A stretch of 45,672 nt of DNA, from positions 1-45,672 of the IMG/VR virus record IMGVR_UViG_3300001203_000001. One strand, written 5' to 3'. Shown here piece after piece: positions 17,419 through 25,454 of this stretch. Positions within the stretch are counted from its first letter, which is position 1, and each line of letters opens with the position of its first letter. Below the pieces are notes generated by a model. It did no database searches. It saw only the letters and a list, made by a program, of their open reading frames with translations, and was not told the origin of the DNA. The position numbers and the translations under genes were made by a program. Origin of the DNA: a virus.

Positions 17419-18469
17419 CATTGACGAATTTGACTTTTTTCAAACTTTACCGACAGAGGTTTCCAACCAACCATTTAACTCTACAACCAATTCTATGAAA
17501 CGTAAACGTCACGATCCATTCCAAGCTTTGACGGAAAACCCTTTACGTACTAAATTAGGTAGTGACCATCAAGGGGATATTGGTATTGAGATAGAGTTGG
17601 AGGTAAACCCACAGTGTGATTTCCCCCAATCCCCTGTCCACTGGTTATTGATTGGGGAAGACTCTTTGAGACATGGATTTGAGATTATAACTAAGGGTAA
17701 TCTACGTATTGGTACCTCTAGGTATAACAATACACTGGCATCTTTGTCAGAATTTTTAGGTAAACACAAAGATATTTTACAAACTAGTATTCGGACATCG
17801 ACGCACTTACATTTTAGTGTGTTAGACTATACTATCCATGAGATTTATAACATTTGTCTACATTACTATCTTATAGAAAATCTTCTTGTAGCCACTAATG
17901 ATAAATGTAGACATGGAAATCTATTTTGTCGTCGTCTTCAAGATGCTAATGGTATCATAAAACATATGAAAGAGTCTATAGCAAACGGTTCAATCCAATA
18001 CTTTGTAAATCAATATAAATACGGAGCATTAAATCTTGCCTCTATTTCTAATTTAGGCTCAGTCGAGTTTAGATTTATGGAGGCTTCTACAGACCCAAGC
18101 TTGACTAAGCTAAATTTAGATATTCAAATTCTACATAGTTTAGTGACTAAATGCCGTAGGTTTAATATCCATAATAGTATTAAACTAATTGAAGACCACG
18201 GTATAAAACCATTCCTATCATCCTTCTTAACTCAGGAGCAGGTGGAGTATCTAACCAATCTTGACATTGAAACATTAAATGAATTCTCGACTTGTAATCT
18301 TGCTGACGTAGAGAGTTTAGGACAATCCCTTGATAATCTAGGTATTAAACTTAAAAAAAGACATTGCCAACCACAGATAGCTGTACAACGGGATTCTGAT
18401 GAAGTTCACAGTCATTTTTTACCTGAGGACTACGACGGAGAGTTTTATACAGACCTGAAAGAGGCGTGA
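17411..18469 (+). CDS. putative amidoligase (glutamine-synthetase/GCS-fold, Amidoligase_2-like)
   Basis: GGAGG RBS. Motifs GIEIELEV, GEDSLRHGFEIIT, STHLHFSV and GSVEFRFMEAS. Confidence 0.7.
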   Translation: MPDIDEFDFFQTLPTEVSNQPFNSTTNSMKRKRHDPFQALTENPLRTKLGSDHQGDIGIEIELEVNPQCDFPQSPVHWLLIGEDSLRHGFEIITKGNLRIGTSRYNNTLASLSEFLGKHKDILQTSIRTSTHLHFSVLDYTIHEIYNICLHYYLIENLLVATNDKCRHGNLFCRRLQDANGIIKHMKESIANGSIQYFVNQYKYGALNLASISNLGSVEFRFMEASTDPSLTKLNLDIQILHSLVTKCRRFNIHNSIKLIEDHGIKPFLSSFLTQEQVEYLTNLDIETLNEFSTCNLADVESLGQSLDNLGIKLKKRHCQPQIAVQRDSDEVHSHFLPEDYDGEFYTDLKEA

Positions 18470-19386
18470 TGGAAGACTATGAAGAAGCAATGAAAAAGCT
18501 CGAAAAATACCAGAAATACCAGGAATTAATGCAACTAAAATATACTTATATATCTGATAAACCCAAAGATGAAGATGAAGGAGACGATATGTCAAAAATT
18601 AAATTTGTAGTATTACCCTACAATAAATATTCTAAGAGCGCTAAGATTTTAAAGGAATCTTTGGGTGGTGTGTTCCCTCGGCGCATGGATTTTAAAAACA
18701 GAATTGTTGTTAACTGGGGTTGCTCAGGAGGTCATAACGGCACTGTTCTAGATCACTTCAAGGAACAAGGTAATTTAGTCTTAAATCCTCACGAGATTAT
18801 CCAAAAGTGTTCTAATAAAAAATCATTCTTTGATCTAATGAAACAACATGGAGTTAGTCATCCAGATTACACAACTGAGGTTGGTGAAGCCTTATCTTGG
18901 GCGGCTGACGGTCTGGTATTTGGTCGAAATAAACATGGTCATTCTGGTAATGATATATCAAAATCAACAGAGTACTTAGAGTTTGGTAATTCAGATTTTT
19001 TAACAAAAGAATTTTGGGTTAAATATATCCCAAAGAAACATGAGTATAGAGTTCACATATTCCAAGGCGATATTATTGATTTTCAAAGAAAAGCTTTAAG
19101 AAAAACAGATTCACACGGTGTTGATATTGATACAGATAACGTTGATTTTACGATTCGAAATCTTAGTAATGGATTTGTGTTTATTCGTCAGGATGTTGAA
19201 TTACCTGATGATGTACGAGATCAATCCCTAAAAGCTTTTAAAGCCACTGGTTTAGATTTTGGTGCTATAGATGTCATCTATCAAGAAAAAACTAAGAAGG
19301 CTTACGTCTTAGAAGTGAATACTGCACCGGGTCTAGAAGGTTCGACTGTAGAAAATTATGTAAATGCAATAAAAAATAAATATTAG
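18469..19386 (+). CDS. ATP-grasp family ligase
   Basis: The ATG overlaps the upstream TGA. The C-terminal motif AYVLEVNTAPGLEG is typical of ATP-grasp enzymes. An alternative start at 18589 has a perfect AAGGAG RBS. Confidence 0.7.
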   Translation: MEDYEEAMKKLEKYQKYQELMQLKYTYISDKPKDEDEGDDMSKIKFVVLPYNKYSKSAKILKESLGGVFPRRMDFKNRIVVNWGCSGGHNGTVLDHFKEQGNLVLNPHEIIQKCSNKKSFFDLMKQHGVSHPDYTTEVGEALSWAADGLVFGRNKHGHSGNDISKSTEYLEFGNSDFLTKEFWVKYIPKKHEYRVHIFQGDIIDFQRKALRKTDSHGVDIDTDNVDFTIRNLSNGFVFIRQDVELPDDVRDQSLKAFKATGLDFGAIDVIYQEKTKKAYVLEVNTAPGLEGSTVENYVNAIKNKY

Positions 19387-19388
19387 GG

Positions 19389-19416
19389 TTGACAAAATAC
19401 CCACATATGTTATAAT
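19389..19416 (+). promoter_or_regulatory. consensus sigma70 promoter with extended -10
   Basis: AGGG-TTGACA (19389..19394), a 16-nt spacer ending in TGT, then TATAAT (19411..19416). Confidence 0.75.
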
Positions 19417-19465
19417 ATACATGAGGTATTAACGGAATTACCTAAATTTCTAGAAAGGAACAAAA

Positions 19466-19609
19466 ATGAATTATGATCTAATGTACTCTGCTGATTTCTA
19501 TAAGGTTTCACATAAGGCACAGTATCCTACTAATGTTACAAAAGTCCACTCAACACTAGTTGCACGTAGTGGCAATTTAAAGAAAGTAGTTGACAATGGA
19601 ACGTTTTAA
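19466..19609 (+). pseudogene. 47-codon fragment homologous to the N-terminus of nicotinamide phosphoribosyltransferase (NAMPT/NadV/Namat family)
   Basis: AAGGA RBS and ATG at 19466. ADFYKVSHKAQYPTNVTKVHSTLVAR aligns by eye with the conserved NAMPT N-terminus [26 protein letters not shown]. A stop follows 47 codons, and no continuation is seen in any frame. Confidence 0.6.
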
Positions 19610-20291
19610 GTATTATAAACGCGGTCAAGGGGAGTTAGATACGTCTAACTTTCCTGCTCTCCTAAGTGGTGTAACAGTTGATAAACTTGATGAAAAAACT
19701 TTTATGAGTTTGTTAGCACTACAATCCTATCATAAAAGTATCTTCAACCAGCATACTAACATAAATCCTTTTAATATTAAAGTAGAGGTATTAGGTTACG
19801 TAGCTCACCTAAGAGCTGATAAAGATTTGTTTAATTCTGCACAATTATATGAAGAATACTTACCTATTATGGATTTTGATATAAAAAATATCCAACACGA
19901 ATCAACATCTAAGATTAAATCCAGCAAAACTTCATGTTTTGAAATTCATATAGATTTAAAACCTGCCGGTAGTACTTTATACATTGGGGCTGATAAGTCT
20001 GTTAGTAAGTTTTGTGATGTAAAAGTTTGTGCAGATAAAATTCGTACTTACGGAAAAGTAACAGCCTTATATCTAGACTTAACTGGGATTGATCTGACAG
20101 AATACAAAAGTATTGTTATTGTTGATGATATTTTAGGTGGTGGGGCTACCATACAAATGGTAATTGATGCCCTACCTCTACCATTAAAGGTAACTAAAAA
20201 CCTCTACCTGTGGACTGCCTACAATGAAGGTATTCATAGACGTGAGTTTTTAGATCAATTTAGAGGGTATAATATTGGAGATTTAATATGA
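19596..20291 (+). CDS. shortened ribose-phosphate pyrophosphokinase (Prs)-like type I phosphoribosyltransferase-fold protein
   Basis: PRPP loop KSIVIVDDILGGGATIQMV. CADKIR aligns with Prs IIDKRR, GADKS with SPDHGG, and LGYVAHLRADKD with PYYGYARQDRK. About 231 aa versus about 315 aa for Prs. The start could be TTG 19590 or ATG 19596. Confidence 0.65.
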   Translation: MERFKYYKRGQGELDTSNFPALLSGVTVDKLDEKTFMSLLALQSYHKSIFNQHTNINPFNIKVEVLGYVAHLRADKDLFNSAQLYEEYLPIMDFDIKNIQHESTSKIKSSKTSCFEIHIDLKPAGSTLYIGADKSVSKFCDVKVCADKIRTYGKVTALYLDLTGIDLTEYKSIVIVDDILGGGATIQMVIDALPLPLKVTKNLYLWTAYNEGIHRREFLDQFRGYNIGDLI

Positions 20292-20476
20292 AATTAGCAT
20301 CACGATGCGAAGTTTGTGATTCAACCCCCAGCCATGATACATTGGCTGCATTAGGTATTAACACCCCTATTGCTTACTGGGTAACTATTAACCCCACAAC
20401 ATCTAGATGTAATAGATGCCACGAAGAAATCAATAATAATTTATCAGAACTAGGAGATAATGATGAACAAACATAG
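20288..20476 (+). CDS. small zinc-ribbon protein
   Basis: 62 aa with CEVC ... CNRC and an acidic tail. The ATGA overlaps the upstream gene. Confidence 0.55.
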   Translation: MKLASRCEVCDSTPSHDTLAALGINTPIAYWVTINPTTSRCNRCHEEINNNLSELGDNDEQT

Positions 20477-21017
20477 AATCGTATTATTTAGAGGTTTAGC
20501 TGGTAATATCTTTTCCAGAGGACTAGATAAATGGATGAAAAATTTTAAATCACGACCTCAAGATGGGATTATGCCTAATACTTGTTCTGTTCACTCTTAT
20601 ACAGAAGTTAAAAAAGTAGCTAATCAATTAGTGTCAGACTATCGTTCAGGTAAGATTAACCGAGTGACACTTATAGGACACTCACTAGGAGCAAGAGCAG
20701 CAATTAAATTACAGTCTGTATTATACCGACACAAGGTGCCAGTTTGTGCTGTAATATCCCTTGATTATGTTAAGAATATTGTAGGCCTTAATGATCTAAA
20801 AGGCCACCCTAAAATTTCAAACTTCCATATCCGGTCTAATGAAAAATCAAGACCTCGTAAATTAAAGAATGCCGTAGAGCGTAAATTCCCTGATCTAAAT
20901 CATATCCAACTTGATGATGATCCGAAAGTACATGATCTGATTACAAAATACGTGTGGTTAAACCAACAACTGGTTTCAGTTAAGGGACGTGGAGTTATCC
21001 ACATTAATAATCTGTGA
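20460..21017 (+). CDS. alpha/beta-hydrolase-like protein (GHSLG nucleophile elbow)
   Basis: 185 aa. LIGHSLGARAA matches the GxSxG lipase/esterase motif, with candidate Asp/His residues downstream. Confidence 0.5.
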   Translation: MMNKHRIVLFRGLAGNIFSRGLDKWMKNFKSRPQDGIMPNTCSVHSYTEVKKVANQLVSDYRSGKINRVTLIGHSLGARAAIKLQSVLYRHKVPVCAVISLDYVKNIVGLNDLKGHPKISNFHIRSNEKSRPRKLKNAVERKFPDLNHIQLDDDPKVHDLITKYVWLNQQLVSVKGRGVIHINNL

Positions 21018-22549
21018 ACGAGTGGGTAGATGTCCACATAGCATGTCCTTGTGGTAAATCTTCTGATGCTTATTGTATAAACGATAAGGGTTGGGGGACA
21101 TGTTTTTCATGTAATAAAAAATTTCCACCTAATGATATGGAGAAAGAAACATTGACAGTACCAGAAGATAGTACCTATGTTTATTATGCACATAGAGAAA
21201 TTTCGAAAACCGCGTTCTCTCACTACGAAGCATCGGTTCGTGTAGAGGATGGGGAACATAAAGAAGTTGGATTTAAGTACCCAAATGGGGCAGTCAAGAT
21301 TCGACTACTTTCTGATAAAAAGTTCTTTTCTCACGGGCCTATGAAAGATGCCCATCTGTATGGACAAGATAAGTTCGATAGAGGGGGGAAAGTTTTAACT
21401 ATTACTGAAGGGGAATATGATGCCCTAGCGGTGTGGGATTTAACTAGGACACCTACTGTATCTGTGAGATCATCTTCATCGGCAAGATCAGACTGTAAAA
21501 AAGAGTGGGATTATATTAATTCCTTCGATAAAATTATTATAGCATTTGACAACGATGAACCCGGGGATAAAGCTTCTAGGGAAGTTGCAGCCCTGTTCGA
21601 TTTTAATAAAGTTCACAAAGTTGTAATGTCCCTCAGCGACCCTAATGAATACTTACTACAAAACAAAGGGGTAGAGTTTGTTGAGCTTTGGAAAAACTGT
21701 AAGAAATACACACCAGATAATATTATTTCCGAGTTCTCAGAAATCCAAGGGAGCCTGTCAGAGCGTAAAGCTACTCGTCTGAGTACTTACCCCATCAAAG
21801 GGCTTCAAGATGCTCTGTATGGCCTTTACACTGGAGAGGTAATAGTATTTAAAGGTGATGAAGGTATTGGTAAGACAGAAATCTTCAGAGCGCTGGAATA
21901 TCACATCCTATCATCAAACCCGGATTCTCGTATGGGCATCATACACCTAGAAGAAAGCCAAGGTGATACAATCCGTGCTCTTGCTACCTACTCCGATAAA
22001 CATCCGTATGTTCACCTCGAAGACAATAGTAGTGAAGAACAAATTATGGAGGCCTACAAAAAAGCCGTTAATAACGATCCAAACCGAGTATATATCTATA
22101 CGAGTTTTGATATTGAAGATGAACAAGGGTTATTAGACAACATGAGGTTCTTAGTGACAGCCTGTGGATGCCAATTTATCTTCCTTGACCACATTACGTG
22201 GCTCGCTACAGGTGGTGAAGGAGATGATGAACGTCGTAAATTAGATCGATTATCACAAAAAATGAAGCTTCTAGCAAAAGAGCTTGACTTTTGTCTTATT
22301 ATGATCTCCCACACTAACGATGATGGTAAAACTCGAGGTAGTCGTAATATTAGTAAAGTAGGTAATACTGTAATTCATATGTCTAGGGACAAAGAAGCAT
22401 TGTCAGATATGGAGAGACGTAAGACCTATTTCACAGTCGAGAAAGGCCGTGGCGGTGGTACTACAACTGGTGAAGCAGGTTATGCTTTGTTTGATCCAGA
22501 GACGTTAACACTACAGTCACCCCCTACTGCAACAACTGATCTACCATAA
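21014..22549 (+). CDS. bifunctional DNA primase/helicase (T7 gp4-like)
   Basis: Zn finger CPCG..CFSC. TOPRIM motifs TEGEYDALA and FDNDEPGDKA. Walker A GDEGIGKTE and Walker B IFLDHI. The GTG start overlaps the upstream TGA. Confidence 0.85.
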   Translation: MNEWVDVHIACPCGKSSDAYCINDKGWGTCFSCNKKFPPNDMEKETLTVPEDSTYVYYAHREISKTAFSHYEASVRVEDGEHKEVGFKYPNGAVKIRLLSDKKFFSHGPMKDAHLYGQDKFDRGGKVLTITEGEYDALAVWDLTRTPTVSVRSSSSARSDCKKEWDYINSFDKIIIAFDNDEPGDKASREVAALFDFNKVHKVVMSLSDPNEYLLQNKGVEFVELWKNCKKYTPDNIISEFSEIQGSLSERKATRLSTYPIKGLQDALYGLYTGEVIVFKGDEGIGKTEIFRALEYHILSSNPDSRMGIIHLEESQGDTIRALATYSDKHPYVHLEDNSSEEQIMEAYKKAVNNDPNRVYIYTSFDIEDEQGLLDNMRFLVTACGCQFIFLDHITWLATGGEGDDERRKLDRLSQKMKLLAKELDFCLIMISHTNDDGKTRGSRNISKVGNTVIHMSRDKEALSDMERRKTYFTVEKGRGGGTTTGEAGYALFDPETLTLQSPPTATTDLP

Positions 22550-22560
22550 GGAAATTAATA

Positions 22561-22818
22561 ATGACAAAAACTATTCGTGAAACAAAATACTATGACTTAT
22601 ATCAAGATAAGAATGGTAAATTTTGGTTATGGAATAAAAAATCAGAGACAAACGCTGCTATAAAAGCTTCAACAGAATTAGAAGCCTACCAAGAAGCAGT
22701 AGACAGTCTTATTTTTTCTGGTGTCATGTATCGAGAAGATCGAGACAAGTATTTAAATAAGTTAGAAGATATACACAGATGTTTCGATAAGAATTTTCCA
22801 GAAAATAATCCATACTAA
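22561..22818 (+). CDS. hypothetical protein
   Basis: 85-aa ORF with an AAGGA RBS. Confidence 0.6.
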   Translation: MTKTIRETKYYDLYQDKNGKFWLWNKKSETNAAIKASTELEAYQEAVDSLIFSGVMYREDRDKYLNKLEDIHRCFDKNFPENNPY

Positions 22819-22821
22819 GGG

Positions 22822-22850
22822 TTGACTTTATTAAAATTACATGGTATGAT
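22822..22850 (+). promoter_or_regulatory. sigma70 promoter upstream of the DNA polymerase gene
   Basis: AAGGG-TTGACT (22822..22827), a 17-nt spacer, then TATGAT (22845..22850). The upstream context matches the promoter at 19389. Confidence 0.65.
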
Positions 22851-22880
22851 ATACTAAGGAGCCAAGAACAGAAGGTATAA

Positions 22881-24731
22881 ATGAAAAAAATAATCTTTGA
22901 CTTAGAAGCAGATAGTCTTACACCGAATTATATCCATTGTGTATCTTATCAATCAGATTTAGAAAACACAATACATACAATTGACTCTCATACTAAGTGG
23001 AAAGAGACAACACAAGAGCCCCACTATCTTATCGGACATAATATTATTCGATATGATATACCAGCTTTAGAAAAAGTTTGGGGTTATAAGCCTGTAGAAG
23101 GTACAGTATTAGTTGACACTCTTGCGTTGTCTTGGTACTTAGAACCACTCAGAGTTAAACATGGACTTGAAGAGTGGGGGGAATTTTTTGGATACCCTAA
23201 AGTCCAAATTGATGATTGGGAAAATCTCCCACAAGAAGAGTATATAAAACGTTGTGAACGTGATGTAGAAATTACAAAAATGCTTTGGGATTATCTTTGG
23301 GGTAAGCTTATAGTACTTTACGAAGACCCTAACCAAGCTTTAAATTTCATAAAGTACACAAGTTTTAAACTTGAGTGTGCTAGGATGGCTGAAGAAAATA
23401 AGTGGCAGTTGGATGTTGAGCTGACTAAAAAGAATTTAGAAATACTCCAACAATTAAAAGACCAAAAACTGCACGTACTAAAACAAGGAATGCCACCCAA
23501 GGATGTAATAAAAAAGTTTAATCGACCTAAAGTTTACTTCAAAGCTGATGGGACTAAGAGTCTAGCTGCCCAAAGATGGGAACACGAGGCAGAGTTCTTA
23601 GGTTTAGAATCCTTAGATGAAGTCAATTGGTTTGATAAAAAAGTAGGTGAAATAGAGGCAAATCCAAGTGCCCCTATGCAAATTAAAGAATGGTTGTTTG
23701 ATCTAGGGTGGAAGCCCTGTACGTTTAAACAGAATAAAAAGAAAGAAGACATCCCACAAATTAACGGGAAAGATGGTGTTACTCCGTCAGTGTTTCATCT
23801 AATAGATAAAAACCCTGCTGTAGAAGCACTAGATTCTTTAGGGAAGTTGACACATCGAATTGGACTATTGAAAGGATTTTTAAGGAATGAGCACAATGGA
23901 TATCTTAAAGCTGAAGTTGCTGGATTTACAAACACACTACGATTCAAACACGCTGGCATCGTTAATCTCCCTTCCGTTGATTTACCTTTCGGTGAGTTTA
24001 TAAGACCTTGTTTAATCGCACCCAAAGGTTATGAATTAGTTGGGTCAGATATGAGTTCTTTGGAAGACCGTACTAAACAACATTACATGTTTAAGTATGA
24101 CCCTGAATATGTAAAAGAGATGAATACAGAAGGTTTTGACCCACACTTAGATATCGCAGTAGAAGCTGGTATGATGTCTGATAAAGACGCTCAAGACTAT
24201 AAAGATGGAGTAAATCATAAAGCCCTCCATCCTATAAGACATGCTGCCAAAACTACTAACTACTCTTGTACATATGGGGCTTACCCCCCTAAGATTGCTA
24301 AGGCAGCTAATCTACCAATCGAAGAGGCAGAAACTCTTTGGGAAGGTTATTGGAAACGTAATTGGTCAATTAATAAGATTGCTGAGGCGTGTACAGTAAA
24401 GAAAATAGGCGATCAAATGTGGTTGCTTAATCCAGTAAATAACTTTTGGTATTCTCTTAGGTCAGAAAAAGATAGATTTTCTACTCTGAACCAAGGAACA
24501 GGAAGTTATTGTTTTGATGTATGGTTGGGTTTTGTAATTCAATCACGACAATTTATAATAGGACAATTCCATGACGAATTCATCGGTATTGTAGAGAAAA
24601 GGGAAGGACAACAGCATGAAGTAGAAAAAGTTTTAAACGAAGCTATAAATGAAACAAACAATTTTTTAAAACTTAATCGTCCGTTAGGGATTGATATTAA
24701 ATTCGGCTCTAATTATGGACAAATTCACTAG
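22881..24731 (+). CDS. family A DNA polymerase with 3'-5' exonuclease domain (T7 gp5-like)
   Basis: ExoI FDLEAD. Motif A GSDMSSLEDR, motif B RHAAKTTNYSCTYG, motif C QFHDEF. Confidence 0.9.
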   Translation: MKKIIFDLEADSLTPNYIHCVSYQSDLENTIHTIDSHTKWKETTQEPHYLIGHNIIRYDIPALEKVWGYKPVEGTVLVDTLALSWYLEPLRVKHGLEEWGEFFGYPKVQIDDWENLPQEEYIKRCERDVEITKMLWDYLWGKLIVLYEDPNQALNFIKYTSFKLECARMAEENKWQLDVELTKKNLEILQQLKDQKLHVLKQGMPPKDVIKKFNRPKVYFKADGTKSLAAQRWEHEAEFLGLESLDEVNWFDKKVGEIEANPSAPMQIKEWLFDLGWKPCTFKQNKKKEDIPQINGKDGVTPSVFHLIDKNPAVEALDSLGKLTHRIGLLKGFLRNEHNGYLKAEVAGFTNTLRFKHAGIVNLPSVDLPFGEFIRPCLIAPKGYELVGSDMSSLEDRTKQHYMFKYDPEYVKEMNTEGFDPHLDIAVEAGMMSDKDAQDYKDGVNHKALHPIRHAAKTTNYSCTYGAYPPKIAKAANLPIEEAETLWEGYWKRNWSINKIAEACTVKKIGDQMWLLNPVNNFWYSLRSEKDRFSTLNQGTGSYCFDVWLGFVIQSRQFIIGQFHDEFIGIVEKREGQQHEVEKVLNEAINETNNFLKLNRPLGIDIKFGSNYGQIH

Positions 24732-24739
24732 GAGAAATA

Positions 24740-24994
24740 ATGCTATTACTACGTAAACTTGAAGCATTCATTGAGTGGTTGATTGAACTACTTGAAGGCG
24801 ATACCGCAACAGCAACATCAGGATTGACTAAGACAATCAAGAAACTTGATCGTGTTGAAAAACGTAAAGCAGCTAAGGCTGAAGGTGCTGCAATTGCATC
24901 CGGTCGTCTAAAAGCTGTAGCAAAGAATGCAGATACAGAAGCAAAACGTGCTGCTGCCGTTAAGAAAAATATCTCAACAATCTTGGAAGGTTAA
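24740..24994 (+). CDS. hypothetical Ala/Lys-rich helical protein
   Basis: 84-aa ORF with an AGGAG RBS. Confidence 0.55.
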   Translation: MLLLRKLEAFIEWLIELLEGDTATATSGLTKTIKKLDRVEKRKAAKAEGAAIASGRLKAVAKNADTEAKRAAAVKKNISTILEG

Positions 24995-24995
24995 T

Positions 24996-25454
24996 ATGAG
25001 AACTGAAACATTTACAGGTGAACTAAAGTGGGCTCAACATTTATTTAAACCCGATACTTATCGTGGTAAAAGTAATTGGAAAGCTACAGTTGTATTGGAT
25101 GAAGAATCCCAAGCTAAGTTTAAGACTATGCAAGGTGAGGGTGTTCGACTTCAAATGAAGGACAATACAGTTGGTTTTAAACGTCCTACTGAAAAGAAGT
25201 TCAGTGGGGAAATGAAACCATTTGAAGCTCCGGCAATCTACAATTCTGATGGTAGCGCATTTGAAGGTATGATTGGTAACGGGACTAAGGCTGAAGTCAC
25301 AGTTCAATTCTACGAATATGAATTCGAAGGTGATAAAGGTTTAGGTTCTCGTCTCGAGTCTGTTAAAGTTCTTGACTTAGTTGTGTATGATCCTGAGGGT
25401 AGAGAAATAACTAAAAATACTTCAACTTCAACCGAGGCTAAACCTTGGGGTTAG
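24996..25454 (+). CDS. single-stranded DNA-binding protein (T7 gp2.5-like)
   Basis: The ATG at 24996 (GGAAGG RBS) is preferred over the overlapping track start at 24927. The N-terminus (TFTGELKWAQHLFKPDTY..KATVVLD) resembles gp2.5/DUF2815-type SSBs, and the gene sits next to the polymerase. Confidence 0.55.
   Translation: MRTETFTGELKWAQHLFKPDTYRGKSNWKATVVLDEESQAKFKTMQGEGVRLQMKDNTVGFKRPTEKKFSGEMKPFEAPAIYNSDGSAFEGMIGNGTKAEVTVQFYEYEFEGDKGLGSRLESVKVLDLVVYDPEGREITKNTSTSTEAKPWG

Noticed and set aside
13614-17474. Antisense ORFs 13614..13871(-), 15290..15508(-) and 17160..17474(-)
   Set aside because: They lie opposite well-supported plus-strand genes in a strictly unidirectional arm, and have no RBS.
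19590-19618. TTGACA-17-TTATAA promoter-like hexamers at the start of the Prs-like gene
   Set aside because: A transcript from here would begin inside the coding region it would need to express. It is more likely a chance match in AT-rich sequence, although an internal promoter for downstream genes cannot be excluded.
22096-25307. Antisense ORFs inside the primase, polymerase and SSB genes (22096..22314, 23139..23336, 23318..23500, 23534..23752, 23795..24025, 25041..25307)
   Set aside because: They are short, lie on the opposite strand to motif-verified genes, and are typical AT-rich spurious frames.
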